A stretch of 63,966 bases of DNA, filler included, from Hyphochytrium catenoides (taxonomy: Eukaryota > Protista > Hyphochytriomycota): NCBI GenBank assembly GCA_900088475.1. It is 14 parts of 14 records of this genome, joined end to end, with 100 filler letters (N's around TTAATTAATTAA, not from the genome) between each part and the next. Parts side by side here need not be neighbours in the genome. Positions count along the whole stretch, not along the records: positions 2,344 to 25,866 come from FLMG01001015.1; positions 25,967 to 29,244 come from FLMG01001423.1; positions 29,345 to 34,831 come from FLMG01001290.1; positions 34,932 to 36,964 come from FLMG01003247.1; 10 more parts are not named here. One strand, given 5' to 3'. Positions 23,058-34,937 of the stretch are shown piece by piece. The notes under the pieces are model-generated. The model was not told the DNA's origin and searched no databases. It worked only from the letters and a program-made list of their open reading frames with translations. A program made the translations under genes and the position numbers. Position 1 is the stretch's first letter, and each line of letters opens with the position of its first letter.

Positions 23058-25017
23058 AGAAAGAGAGAGAGAAAGGGGTATCTTTTAGTTCGTCTCACAG
23101 CCACCAACATGTAGGAGAACTTCTACCTGATGTGTACGGCAGAGGACCGCGTCTCGAGGCTGGTCGCCTTCCTCCGAGCACAGTCAAAGGGCAAAGTCAT
23201 TGTCTTCTTCGCAACCTGCGCCAGCGTGGACTACTTTGCAAAGATTTTGGAAAAGCTTTTGGAAGACGCTGCTCTGCCGGTCTTTGGCCTGCATGGACGT
23301 ATGAACCCCAAGCGCCGTACAGCGACCTATGACAAGTATGTGGCTGCGGAGAGAGGGATCCTGATCTGTACAGATGTGGCAGCACGCGGCATTGACATTC
23401 CAGACGTTGACTGGATCGTCCAGTTTGATCCACCGCAAGATCCTAGCTTCTTCATTCATCGAGTAGGGAGGACAGCCAGGGCAGGGAAGAGTGGAAGAGC
23501 TCTTCTCTTTCTTCTGCCAAATGAAGACGCGTATGTCAACTTCCTGCACATCCGACGAGTGCCCATTAGAGAATTATCTCAGGTACGATTGCGTGGTATC
23601 TTCCTGTCGCTCCTCTTTATTATTCGCTTTATCCTTATCTCTCTAGGGTGTGGTCGGCACTTCTCTCGTCGTCTTGCTATTCTTCTTATCCTCTGCCATT
23701 TCTCTGAATCCTATGCAGCTCGCCTATAGATGTCCCTTTGCCTTTCATGTTTCGCTCAAGTCTGTCGCATCTGTCTCGGCTTCGTAAGCAGACTCACCTT
23801 CTGAAAATACTTGGTCCGTAGGAGGAAGAAGTGCACGATGTGACGCCTACCATGCGAACTATGGCTATTGATGATAGAGACGTGCTAGAGAAAGGAACGA
23901 AGGCCTTCGTCTCCTTTGTCCGTGCCTATAATGAACACCAGTGCCAATTCATCTTCCGCTTTAAGGAGCTGGACGTTGGAGGAGTGGCTAGAAGCTATGG
24001 TTTACTCCGCCTACCGCGTCTCAAAGAGGTAACAAAACTCTCTCTCTCTTTGTGGTCAGAATCCGCCTATGCTGATTGCCTTTGGCCATGTCTCCCTGCT
24101 TCATGTGCTCCTCTGCTCTCTCCTTTTGATATCTTTCCATTGCGCTGTGTCATCGTTCCTATCATTAAAGCCTCTCTTTCATTGGCTTTCTCTCTCATCT
24201 GTCTAAACTCGGTCAGGTTCGAGGTATGAAAGTGGACTTCCAACCCGTAGATATAGACACAGCGACTATTAAGTTCAAGGATAGAGCTCGAGAAAAGCAG
24301 CGCCAGGAAAACCTGCAGAAGATGGTTCAGGAGGAGGAAAAGCGCGAACAAGAGAAAGCGAAGAGGGCAGAGGAGAGAGAAGCTCGACGACAGGAGAGGC
24401 TGAAGGCTGAAGCTAAACCGACTAGGCGGCGGAAGAAAGGACGCAATCAGGCGATAGTTGAAGAGGTACGTCTTCCACACAGAGAGAGAGAGAGGTGGCT
24501 AGATGCAGGTTCCTCCACTGGCCCTTAGGAATAGGGGACAAGGAAAGCAACGTGTTTCACTTTCTAGTTCTTGCTAAGAGTATTGACCTTTCTATGGCAG
24601 TGGGAGGAGTTGGCTGAGGAGGAGCGACTGTACAAGAGACTGAAGAAGGGCAAGATCTCCAAAGCAGAGTACGACGCTGCAGTGCGCAAGGCTGACTGTG
24701 GAGGTGATTCCAGTGAAGAAGAGCCTTCACAGAAACAAACCGACCTGGAAGCCATTGATAGGAGTGACTCGTCAGAAGGGAGTGACAGCGAACCAGAGCA
24801 TAAGACAGAGAATAAAGGTGCTTCTGAAGCTCCAGAGCCTAAGAAGAAGAAAAGAACAAAGCGGAAGCACCGCAAGAGGGCAGGAGCGGAGGACGAGCAA
24901 GTCCACCCGTCAAAGAAGAAGTCTGCAGCGGAGAGAAGGCTGGCCATCAAGCTGCAGAGAAAAAAGAACTTTTTGCAAAAGAAGCTCAAGAAGGCCTCCT
25001 TCAGGAAACGGCGATAG
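21243..25017 (+). CDS. DDX55: DEAD-box RNA helicase DDX55/Spb4 (60S ribosome biogenesis), 10 exons
   Basis: Q motif [90 protein letters not shown] and the Spb4-typical [14 protein letters not shown]...YGLLRLP. Lys/Arg-rich tail ends at TAG 25015-25017. Confidence 0.95.
21945..22132 (+). other. U12-type (minor spliceosome) AT-AC intron, 188 nt, intron 3 of DDX55
   Basis: 5' end ATATCCTTTC at 21945. Branch motif TCCTTGAC at 22113-22120, with the branch A 13 nt from the 3' end. 3' end ...CCGCAC at 22132. Splicing gives in-frame [28 protein letters not shown]. Confidence 0.88.
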
Positions 25018-25966
25018 CGGCTGCTGCCTTGCAAGCCTAATATAATGTAACATAGCGGCCAACATGCTAGCATCTTTTCGCTTCCTCTTCTTTTCCTCCT
25101 CTCCCACGTTCAGTGGTGGAGCAGCCATAACCAGCACAGAGGATAAAGTTCCTCTGCCAAGAGCTGTGGATATCCAGCCTTCCTTTTGCTCTTTCAGGCT
25201 AGATGTTTTTCCTGGCCTCTCTCCTTTGCCAAGAATAGTGAGACTGAAGTCTTCACTTGGCTCTGTCACGTAGCTACCAGTTTCTCTTTCTCTCTTTTTT
25301 GCTCTGGCTAGATTAGTGGCAACAAAGCCTTCACTAGCCTGTGTCAGGCTTTGATATCTCTCGCACTCTGTCTTCTTCTACATAGATCAGTGACAAGGCC
25401 TTCGAATGGCTGTGTCAGGTGTAAAACACGCTCTGCCTTCCTTCTGTCACAATCATTGCGTTCCTTTAGCCTCTGGTCACGGTCGATATGTCTCCTTCGC
25501 TCTGTCTTCTCCTGCCAAGCTCAATGGAAACAAAGCCTTCTCTTAGCTCCGTCAGCCTCTCTCCCTCGGTCTTCTTCTCTCCTTTGGAGGCTGGGCCGCT
25601 AAGTGCTTCGAGGCTTTGGCCTGCGGAACTTTGTTTGTGCGGTCCAATGACATATAAAACGGTAGTAGTAGTTTGTAAGTTACTCATCATGCAGGTATAG
25701 AATGAGGGTACACCGGCAGATTATGAACTGATGGCTTACGGCGCACTACGCACGTGAAGGACGAAAAGACACTGCAGGGAAGCCGACAGGTTTTGCTGTT
25801 CTAGGCAGAAAGTAGTATCATCTCTCTCTCTCTCTCTGTCTCTCTCTCTCTCTCTGTCTCTCCCCCNNNNNNNNNNNNNNNNNNNNNNNNNNNNNNNNNN
25901 NNNNNNNNNNTTAATTAATTAANNNNNNNNNNNNNNNNNNNNNNNNNNNNNNNNNNNNNNNNNNNN

Positions 25967-26016
25967 GCTCATACAGAAGCTTCAGGCATTGCCACCCATC
26001 TCTGTAAAATTCATCA
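25967..26016 (+). mobile_element. 3' end of an LTR (same family as the solo LTR at 27505-27838), cut by the contig edge
   Basis: These 50 nt match 27789-27838 with 2 mismatches and end in ...TTCATCA. Confidence 0.8.
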
Positions 26017-26544
26017 GTAGGTGGTAGATAGTAGTAGATAGTAGGTGGTAGATCTTCGCTCCTGCTAGCGTTTGGTGCTTCTGAGTGCCACTATCCATAT
26101 TTTTTGCTGCGAATGTTGATGTGCTACCTTCTCACTGCGTTTTTTCAATGATAGCAGAGGTAGGGCTACGGCATCCCATGGTAAGGATCGAGGGAGGCAA
26201 GGCAAGCGTGCCATCGATCAAGACAATTTGAGCAACTGTGGAAGCCCTAAGCCAGCGGATAGCACCAGCTCGTGATTAAGGCCACACATTCGCAATCAGG
26301 CCAAAGGAGAGACCCCTATCATTGGAGCGAGCAGATGAGTCATGATAGAAGCAGATGGTTCTCTCTCATGAAGTCTTGCTGACCACATCAAGCGAGAGAG
26401 ACGGTAGAATTTTAGGAGTGCTCAGCAGCAAGCACTCCGTGTGACGTGTATCTCTTCTAGTTGTCTCTGGGACAGCTTAATAAGGGTCTGACCGTTGATT
26501 CTTGAATAGAATATAAGCCTAAGCCGAGTAATAAAAATGCTGGG

Positions 26545-26815
26545 AAGTGACATGGGCCAGCACAAAGGAAGCGATTAAAAAGGCGATGATGACCCATTAA
26601 TGATCAAAAAGTGACTAGCTATGGAAGCAAAGTGATCAAAAAATGACTGTTGCTAAGCAAATCATATGAGCAAAAGTGACCGAAAAATTACTGAGGGATG
26701 ACTAATCCTCACGTTTGGTATTCTGGAAGAATTCCTCACCATGCGGTCAGAAAATAATGACCTTTTTGTGACTATTGTAAGTGACCGGAAAATGACCACT
26801 TTTGGAGTTACAGTG
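26545..26815. mobile_element. Probable terminus of a CACTA/CMC-type DNA transposon with subterminal repeats
   Basis: About ten (A)n-RTGAC motifs cluster here and end in ...GGAGTTACAGTG (reverse complement CACTGTAACTCC). The copia RT homology begins abruptly on the next base. Confidence 0.45.
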
Positions 26816-27875
26816 TATAGCTAGCGAACTGGCCCTCAATGGAACAACATGATGTCTGGTAGCTTGTCGAGCAACCCTGAAGCCAATGTAATCGGATGTA
26901 AGTGGGTCTTCCGCACCAAGTACAAGGGCGATGGCAATCTGGACCGCTACAAAGCTCGTCTTGTAGCCCCAAGGGTACAACTGGGATTGACTACAACAAA
27001 GTCTTTGCACCAGTCCTCAGCTACGAGTTTGTACAATGTCTTCTCTCGTTGGCAGCCACATTTGATTTAGAGATCCATCATGTCGACATCAAGACAGCAT
27101 TTCTCCATTGCGACCTCGAGGAAACCATTTATATGCGTCAGAACCCCCTGGCTTCGAGCAACCGGGAACAAAGAAGAATATGGTCTGCAAGCTCAAACGC
27201 AGTATCTATGGTCTGAAACAGAGTCCCCGACAATGGATCAAAGTTCTAGATGAATATCTATGTGACCATGGTTTCGAACCTAGTCTCTGTGAGCCATGCG
27301 TATATTCCGCGAGTCCGCCGGCGGGTCTAAACCAACCATCATTCCACTTTGGTCAACGACACACTGATATTCGTTCCGAACCTCACTAAAGTCACCCAAG
27401 TCAAACAACTACTTGCGAATCGCTTTGATGTAAAGGGACTTGGGAGAACTCAACTATTTCCTTAGGGTCGAAGTACTCAGACATCGACAAAACCGCAAGA
27501 TATATGTTGAGTGCTACAATGTTCGTTGTCAGTAGTACAGTAGTCACTCTCTATACACACCTAGCTCTCAGGGACATAGACGTTACGGGTACACCTGTGT
27601 TATGGGAAAGAGGGATGTGAAAAGAATTTCCAGAAGAACACAGGAACAGCAGAGGAGAGAGAGATGATGAGGGAAGCTGGGCCGAGCAAAGATTTCGAGA
27701 CCAGACTCTCAGGACTCAGCAATGATTCAGAGAAATCTCAATCAGATAGCAATACCCAGTCCCTTTGTTATCGCTTCATCTAGATTGTGCTCATACAGAA
27801 GCTTCAGGCATTGCCACCCAGCTCTGTAAAGTTCATCAATATATCTGTTGAAGTATGGACTATCTGATTCTTATT
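26816..27875 (+). mobile_element. Degenerate Ty1/copia reverse transcriptase fragment, interrupted by a solo LTR
   Basis: NVIGCKWVFRTK...[42 protein letters not shown] and VCKLKRSIYGLKQSPRQW are spread over several frames with stops and frameshifts. Confidence 0.92.
27505..27838 (+). mobile_element. Solo LTR (334 bp, TG...CA) with 5-bp target-site duplication ATATA
   Basis: Starts TGTTGAG and ends TTCATCA. ATATA flanks it at 27500-27504 and 27839-27843. The RT-like frame (RQNRKIY...LKYG) resumes after it, and its 3' end recurs at 25967-26016. Confidence 0.85.
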
Positions 27876-28429
27876 TTATAGGTCTAAGATGTACCAGAAG
27901 ACCACCTGTTCAAGTTACAGTCCCAAACTCCAAGTAGAGATATGAAGGAAAAAGTGGACTCAATGTTAACTATGGCTTATTATCAATAGCTTTAGGCTTC
28001 GCCTAGGGCTCGCCCGACGTTACTAGTGCGTAATCCAGCCTTCGGCTGCATTATTAGTGGAAGATGCTTGGATTACTAATTTAGTTGTACAAGTAACACC
28101 AGGAACTTTTCATTCCTTCTACATTGTTTTAGAACTCGAGAACTAGATAGTTCTATCAGTAGTATTTCCTAGAGGAGGTAGGCACACTTTTAAGGGATCT
28201 CTCTACTCCTTCACCCACTCTTCCTACAGCAGAGTAGTGAGTGAGTGTGAGTGAGTGAGTGAGTGGCGAAACATTCAGCGAAACTTTCTCAACTCTCGAA
28301 TGCTGCAAGAGTCGCGTGACATGTCACCTTCACCCTCAGCTCCTACAGCTCAAAAACAGGATTGTAGGTGATGCGTCTCAGGTAGGTTACAACACAAATT
28401 CGCGTAGAAGCACGCGATGTGTCTCGGTT

Positions 28430-28699
28430 TATAGTGATACGTCTCGCGTTATAAATTCGATTTTTTTTCATAGAAACCCTTTCGCTCCTCCTGACCCCTT
28501 TTCTATCTCCAAAGTACACAAACAATGATTCAAACCCAAAGAAAAAGCCCAAACAGTGATTAGTAAAAATCCAAATAGTGAACTTTTGCTCACAGACAGA
28601 CAGACAGACAGACAGACACAAAGACAACACAAAAAAGTCCATTTGTGCTGAAGCCCCTGTGGGTTGAAATTGAGGCTCGCCCTTCGGGCTCGCAACTAG
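28430..28699 (+). mobile_element. Candidate non-autonomous Helitron/Helentron-like element (3' part; 5' limit uncertain)
   Basis: AT-rich body, (GACA)n tract at 28592-28618, hairpin GCCC-TTC-GGGC at 28679-28689, then CTAG at 28696-28699. Confidence 0.4.
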
Positions 28700-31577
28700 G
28701 AGAGAACAGGTACTCTTTATTACGAATACATCTCAGTAGTATTCATCAGGATCCTAAAACCAATGGGGTCCTACAATCTAGAAATGTCTCTCTTGGTGCT
28801 CTGCTGATCAATCTGCGCCTCCTTTTATCCTCCTCCTAACAAAGCCCTTCTGCTCAAAAGAAGAGGTCAAGGAATTCTCCCCGCATCTCTCTTCATCCAT
28901 AACACACTTTATACCGGTAACGACTATGCCTCTGAGAGCTAGGTGTGTATAGAGAGTGTCTGGACCTGCGGGGAGGTGTTGAGAGCAGAAGCTGACAAAA
29001 GCTCTAAAAGGCTCACAGTTCCAGATTCTATCTGACGAGAGGAAGAAGGCACAAAACTAAGTGTTTCAGAGTTAGGATAACTAGGTTATTATCATTAGGT
29101 AAGTCATCATGTGACGTCAAGAAGTAGTAACTGAGTCTGGTAGTTTATACGAGAACACAGTTACCAGAAGAACTAGACAACGTGATAACTACTAGGAAAC
29201 AGGGTCCCATAAGCCCTCATACTCACTCTGAGCATATCAGTAGANNNNNNNNNNNNNNNNNNNNNNNNNNNNNNNNNNNNNNNNNNNNTTAATTAATTAA
29301 NNNNNNNNNNNNNNNNNNNNNNNNNNNNNNNNNNNNNNNNNNNNGACCATTGGCACGGTGGATGCTAAGCATCGCACCGCTCATACAAGTAGAAGTTCAG
29401 CACCACAACTCCTACCATTGCCATATAGGCTCCAAGGACGTGCATTATGGATCATGAATGCGATGCGAGAACTATAATAATCAACAGGTCCATCATTAGA
29501 AGAAGAAGAGTAAATGTGAGCGGCTGACGGACAGATTCAGAAATCCACTAAGGATTGATTAGCACTAGCCGTATTGGTAAGGCGCAGAAGTATGAGGACA
29601 CGGCCGTACTACTTACACTACCAGGGACATCATAGACAACAATACCCTCAATGGCCCACCGCACGTTCTACAGTCTAAGCAATTCTGTCAAAGAGGGAAA
29701 ATTGAACCACCTATCAGACGGCATAAAGGCTTTTCCAAAAGAGATCAAGAATGAAATGAAGAGTACAGAGCAGCAGCTGGAGAACGTCTCTCCTTTCACT
29801 GCGCCTAATGACCTGTGGAATGCCGCGGCACCAGGAGCTTGCTAAGCATTTGGCTCGTTAATAGCAGCAACTTCTACCGTAGCCGTTGCATAAGCTTCAA
29901 CGTCCAACTTTACTCGCAGCAGGAAGAGCGATGAGTGGGTTAAATCCTCGACTGATGATTCACCTACATACAGAGAGGATGAGATGATTGAAAGGTTAGA
30001 AAGGGGTCTGAGCGTTCTGGCCCAACTGAATATGATGAGCGGCGCCCGACACGAAGCGGCAGCACAAAACAGCAGGAGGCGCATGAGACAGCCACCAGGC
30101 AGAGAGTGTAAGAGATCCAAGACGCTGTAGGACATCAGTTCCTCAGAGAAGATGTTGGTGGTGTTGTCATTTGCCTGCTTCCTGCTGGAACAGCAAAGAA
30201 GTGTGAAGGAGGAGAGAGACAAAATATATGTAGCGCTCTTGATTCCTCCTGCTCGAGACCAATGATACGCTTCTGCCGACAAAGAGCGCTAGGAGCGCTA
30301 GCGCTTCTTTGCCTCTATACGTTTCGTCTCTCGGAGGAAAAAGCGAATGTTCTGGGTGCCAAGGAAAGTGTTCTCACGGTATTGGTAATGGGTTACATTT
30401 GCAATTAACAGGGATCGGAACCAGAAGCCCATCAGATAATCAAGAGTCACTACGACCATTGTCGTCCCTGGGCGGTGATGGAGGACTCAGTTCCATTTCT
30501 GAGACCAGGCACATTCCCAGCTGGTGGCCCAGCCCCGCAGTCTTGTCTGAAGATCCACCATGGGATTTTCTGTGAGCTTTCCCGTCCAGGCTTGGCCTAC
30601 AATCAGCCTTGGCAGCAGCGATCATCAACATTCACTCTCAGCAGGCCGCCTCATGCCACCATTAATCCTCTTGCCTCTAAATTTGTCAACATTTGGTCTT
30701 TGTCTCTCTTGCTTCCTTATCTGTTGGCAGCAGTCCCTTGAGGAAACATGGTCGATGACCTCAAGTACGACATCGTAGGCCTGCCTGTCCTGGTAAGAGA
30801 GAGCCGCCAATGGTTCAAGTTCAATCCTGATGATGATGGATAAGACCCTTTTCTCCCTGTTCCCTTTTGGCCTTCCGCTCATAAATCATAGGTCTTCTTT
30901 ACCCCCGCTGCAGGAACTTTCTTTCAGACTCAGCGTTAAGGCCTTATTATTACAGCAAAAGTCTAGAACTAGCACTATCCATCTTCTGGTCTCCGACCTG
31001 CCGAACTGTATTTTATAGCTACCTGTACAGTATTTAGTTCTACTTTTTGGGCGTCTGGTCATGGCTTTGATGTGCTACTATGGGAGAGTAGTATCATTTA
31101 TTTGTTAGCTGTATTGGCCGCCATGGACTGCGAGGATAGAGTAGCGCTTGATTGATGGACGTAGGACGTACGCAGGATGTCGCTCGTTGTGGCGGTGGCA
31201 CACTGCTTGCTGCTGGACAGAGGGAGAACTAGTGGTCACACTGCTGGGGCTGGGCGCTTCACAAGTTGTAGAGTCACACTTCTTGGCCGTCATGATGATG
31301 ACTCGAGCAACGAGCTCGCTCGTCCGTCGTTCCTCATCTCACACGGGACACCTCTAATGATCCTTTTCCCGCAGTACCTTCGCCTTATTTTCAGATTAGA
31401 AACTTCTCTTAACTTCGAAACCTGAAAGCGATACTGATGCTTCTTCGGGCCAGCCCGGACCAAAGAACCCCAGCGAGCTAGATTCTACTACCTTCTCTCT
31501 TTCTTGGTTGTACTCGTCCCTACGATTCAAAGTCTTAGGTGAGGCATTCTCATTGCTGTTCTTCTGTTGGAGGGGCG

Positions 31578-33782
31578 ATGGAGCATTGTGAAGCACCTGA
31601 GGACGTCGGGAATAGCATACCCAATGAAATCCTGGCAGCAGTCAGGTTTTTACAATCAGGCAATGAAGGTCAAAAGACCGAGGCAGCTTCGCTCTTAGAG
31701 CGTCTTGCACGCGAGGAAACCGACGAAAACAAGTTGCATATAGCTTCTGCAGGAGGTATCGCTCCGATGGTACAACTGTTAGGGGCAGGCACTCAGGTTC
31801 AGAAAGAGATCGCCCTCACTGCTCTTCGGAGATTGGCTCTATGTGGCAGCAATACAGAGAAGATTGCGACAGAGGTTGCTCTTACTTCTATGCTAGAGAT
31901 GCTGAGGTCGGGCACCGATATCCAAAAGTCGGAAGCTGCCGGCTGTCTGTGGAACCTGAATGTTTCTAACGATTGTGAGACCTTCAAAGCGGAAGTAGCT
32001 GCGAAGGTCGTTGCTGCAGATGGCATTCGTTCACTCATAGAACTCCTTCGGTCAGGGACGGATAATCAAAAAGAACGCGCGGCCGGTGCTTTAAGTTATT
32101 TGGCTGAACAAGAGGTCGCCAATGCTGAAGTCTCTGCGGTAGGAGGTGCTATCTACGGCCTACTAGAGCTAACAAGAACGGGCACGGAGGGCCAGAAAGA
32201 CCAGGCGGTGGCAGCTCTATCGGTGTTAACTCCAAACAGTCACGAGCACAGAGCGAGGATCGTGGCGGCTGGTGGTATTGATACGTTAGTTCAACTCTCA
32301 CAGTCGGGCACCACGGAAGACCAACAATACTACGCTACCGAAGTTCTGTTAGATTTTTGTGCACAGCCTGAGACTAAGCCCACGATAGCAGCTGCAGTTG
32401 GCGTTACCTTGCTATTGAAGCTCCTGGAGTCAGGTACAGAGGATCAAAAAGGCCAAGCGACCTATGGCTTATTGTCTTTGTCTGAGGAGGACGAGGAAGT
32501 ACGAAAGGAGATCGCAGCGGCACCCGGGATAGTGGAGCTGTTAGTGCCGTTCTTAAACCACCCGAGAAGTAATCAAAAGAGGAACGCAATGCAGTTGTTG
32601 TACGATCTCTGTGAGCAGGATGACGACTTTATCAAGGTCAAAGTCCCCGCTGCTGCAGGAGTATTTCCATCCCTACTACAGCTCATAGAGAAGGGTGACA
32701 ACGATGGCGAAGCGGCAGCGGCAGCACGCCTGCTGGGCCTCTTGGCGGTTCATAATGGCAGCCACCCTCAGATTGCTGCAGCCGGTGGTATCGAAGCCTT
32801 GCTGCTGGTTATACAGTCTTCTGATGCGTCGCCCCCGATACGTCGCTCTGCAATGGCCGCCCTATGGCAACTCTCCTCGCATGATCAAAGTAAGATGAAG
32901 ATTGCTGCAGCAGGCGGTATTGAAACAGTAATAGAGCTCTTGCGATCGGAGGATGACGACTTGAAGGAAAGTGCGACAGGTGCCTTGCAATACCTCTCGG
33001 GACCTTTCGCTTACAATTTGTATAATAAAGAGTCCACGGCGGCGCAAGAGGTACCGGAAGACGCTCGAGCACACCTCATGCGACTTGGGACCTGCTTCAG
33101 GAGAAGGATCGTAGCGGCAGGTGGCCTTGAACCGTTGGTGAAGGTCTTGAACTCTGGTACTCCAGGTCAAATAGTGAACGCTGCGACGGCTATGACTTAC
33201 CTTATCTCAGATGACAGCATATCAGCGGAAGTGGTTGACGCGGGTGCAGTTGAAGCCTTTGTGGGTCTGTTGCGACGGGATTCTTCTACCGCCATGAAAG
33301 CTAAGGCTCTGCTTGCTTTACAGTGTCTAGCTCTTGATATCGACGACAGTCTCAGCCTCAGAGTCGGTGTGGCAGGAGGTATTGATCTGCTGGTATCACT
33401 AGTCCGTGATGACGATGAAGCGCTGAGGGCTAAAGCAGTGGCAGCCTTGTCAGCGCTAGCAAATTTAGATAAGAACAGAGCCAGCATAGTTGCAGCTGGT
33501 GGTATTGAGGCCTTGACGGCAGTCTTACGGATGGACCTCGATATGAAGGAGAGGGACGCCGCAGTCGATGCCTTGTGGAGGCTATGTTTGGACTCCGCTC
33601 ACAGGGTCAGGTTTGTTGCAGCGGATGGTATCGACGCGCTGGTGAAGCTTGCTCAGTCGGGGAGCAACTATCAGAACGACGTTCATGTCTCGAGACTTAT
33701 AGCAGAGCTATCCAGAGATGTTGATGTTAAGGCAAAGTTGGCGGCCGCAGGCATTAGTTCCTCTACTCACCTTGATAGATAG
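31578..33782 (+). CDS. Armadillo-repeat protein (Vac8/plant-U-box-type ARM repeats), single exon
   Basis: Open frame of ~734 aa from ATG 31578 with about 15 repeats of ~41 aa, consensus IAAAGGIE.LV.LL.SGT..QK..AA.AL..L. Confidence 0.9.
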   Translation: MEHCEAPEDVGNSIPNEILAAVRFLQSGNEGQKTEAASLLERLAREETDENKLHIASAGGIAPMVQLLGAGTQVQKEIALTALRRLALCGSNTEKIATEVALTSMLEMLRSGTDIQKSEAAGCLWNLNVSNDCETFKAEVAAKVVAADGIRSLIELLRSGTDNQKERAAGALSYLAEQEVANAEVSAVGGAIYGLLELTRTGTEGQKDQAVAALSVLTPNSHEHRARIVAAGGIDTLVQLSQSGTTEDQQYYATEVLLDFCAQPETKPTIAAAVGVTLLLKLLESGTEDQKGQATYGLLSLSEEDEEVRKEIAAAPGIVELLVPFLNHPRSNQKRNAMQLLYDLCEQDDDFIKVKVPAAAGVFPSLLQLIEKGDNDGEAAAAARLLGLLAVHNGSHPQIAAAGGIEALLLVIQSSDASPPIRRSAMAALWQLSSHDQSKMKIAAAGGIETVIELLRSEDDDLKESATGALQYLSGPFAYNLYNKESTAAQEVPEDARAHLMRLGTCFRRRIVAAGGLEPLVKVLNSGTPGQIVNAATAMTYLISDDSISAEVVDAGAVEAFVGLLRRDSSTAMKAKALLALQCLALDIDDSLSLRVGVAGGIDLLVSLVRDDDEALRAKAVAALSALANLDKNRASIVAAGGIEALTAVLRMDLDMKERDAAVDALWRLCLDSAHRVRFVAADGIDALVKLAQSGSNYQNDVHVSRLIAELSRDVDVKAKLAAAGISSSTHLDR

Positions 33783-34937
33783 CTACCCAGTAGAGAGGCA
33801 CTATCTGCTACGAATCATAATAAGGGAGAAAGTGAACCAAGCTGACCCTTTCCCTCTTAGCAAATTGATGGTGTTATGTGATTATATTTAGTCATGTGCT
33901 GAGATTATTATAATAATTCCTTCTTTACTTTTTCTCGAAGAGAGACGGCCTTTATTACTAGAAAAAATCAAGGAGTGACTAGTAGACTACTGTTTAAAGA
34001 GGAAGAGAGATATAAAATATGCACTACTCAAACGAAGAGAAACAAGAGAGACAAGTAGTAGGCCAGAAGACAGAAAGGAGATAAAAGGGAAGAAGCATGA
34101 GGGAGCTCACCCGGCCACTAAGGGCGGCCCGGGAAGATCCTCAGATAGAGGCGGCGGGTGTGGCAGCGGGAATACCGACGGAGAAGAAGCGGCGGATTCC
34201 TCGTCCTCACCAATAATACGCGAGAGAAAAAATCCTTGATTCTCCTCTGGTGGAGGAGCGACAGCAGCAGGTGGAGAATTTATAGCAGCAGGGGCAGTGG
34301 TAACATGGTGAGAAAAAAGAAGAGACGAAGGAGAAGACAAAGAAGAAGAGAGTGCAGAAGAAGAGTGAAAAGCAGCAAGAAAGGGCGCAGAAAGAAGGAG
34401 CCAACCTTAATAGAATCATTCTTTTTTAGTTACTTACTACTAAGGCTCAGTCGTACGAAGTTCCCTGGATAAATTAGCTCTGCACCTTCAGCTGATGGAG
34501 GAGGATGAGAGCCAGGCATTGAGAGGAGGCACTGCTAAAGTTAAGGCCGCTTTTGATACCAAAGAAAGGCAACAGGAGGGGGAACGAGTACTGTACGACT
34601 TGTTAGAGATAGAACTAGAGAGGAACCACTGTTCTGGCACTGCACAAGACCGCTGACCTCTCTGTAACTCTACTGCGGTGTCGTTAGTTCAGATGTTGTT
34701 GTTACTGAATGTAAAATGCAATGTGCGCTTACCGTGATCGGCTCTATAAGGCTCCCTGTCCTACCCCTGGACTTGAGGAGGGGTAAAAGACAGTGGAAGT
34801 AGGAGTGTTTCGTTCTCTCTCTTTCTCTCTCNNNNNNNNNNNNNNNNNNNNNNNNNNNNNNNNNNNNNNNNNNNNTTAATTAATTAANNNNNNNNNNNNN
34901 NNNNNNNNNNNNNNNNNNNNNNNNNNNNNNNGCTACA

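Noticed and set aside
29651-30282. Plus frame continuing through TAA/TAA/TAG, and stop-codon reassignment in general
   Set aside because: No recognisable product. Conserved genes here end in TAA (deoC), TAG (DDX55, RPC11) and TGA (ferredoxin) and have no internal stops, so the standard code fits.
34107-34560. Pro-rich minus-strand exon-like pieces
   Set aside because: No recognisable homology and no complete splice chain.
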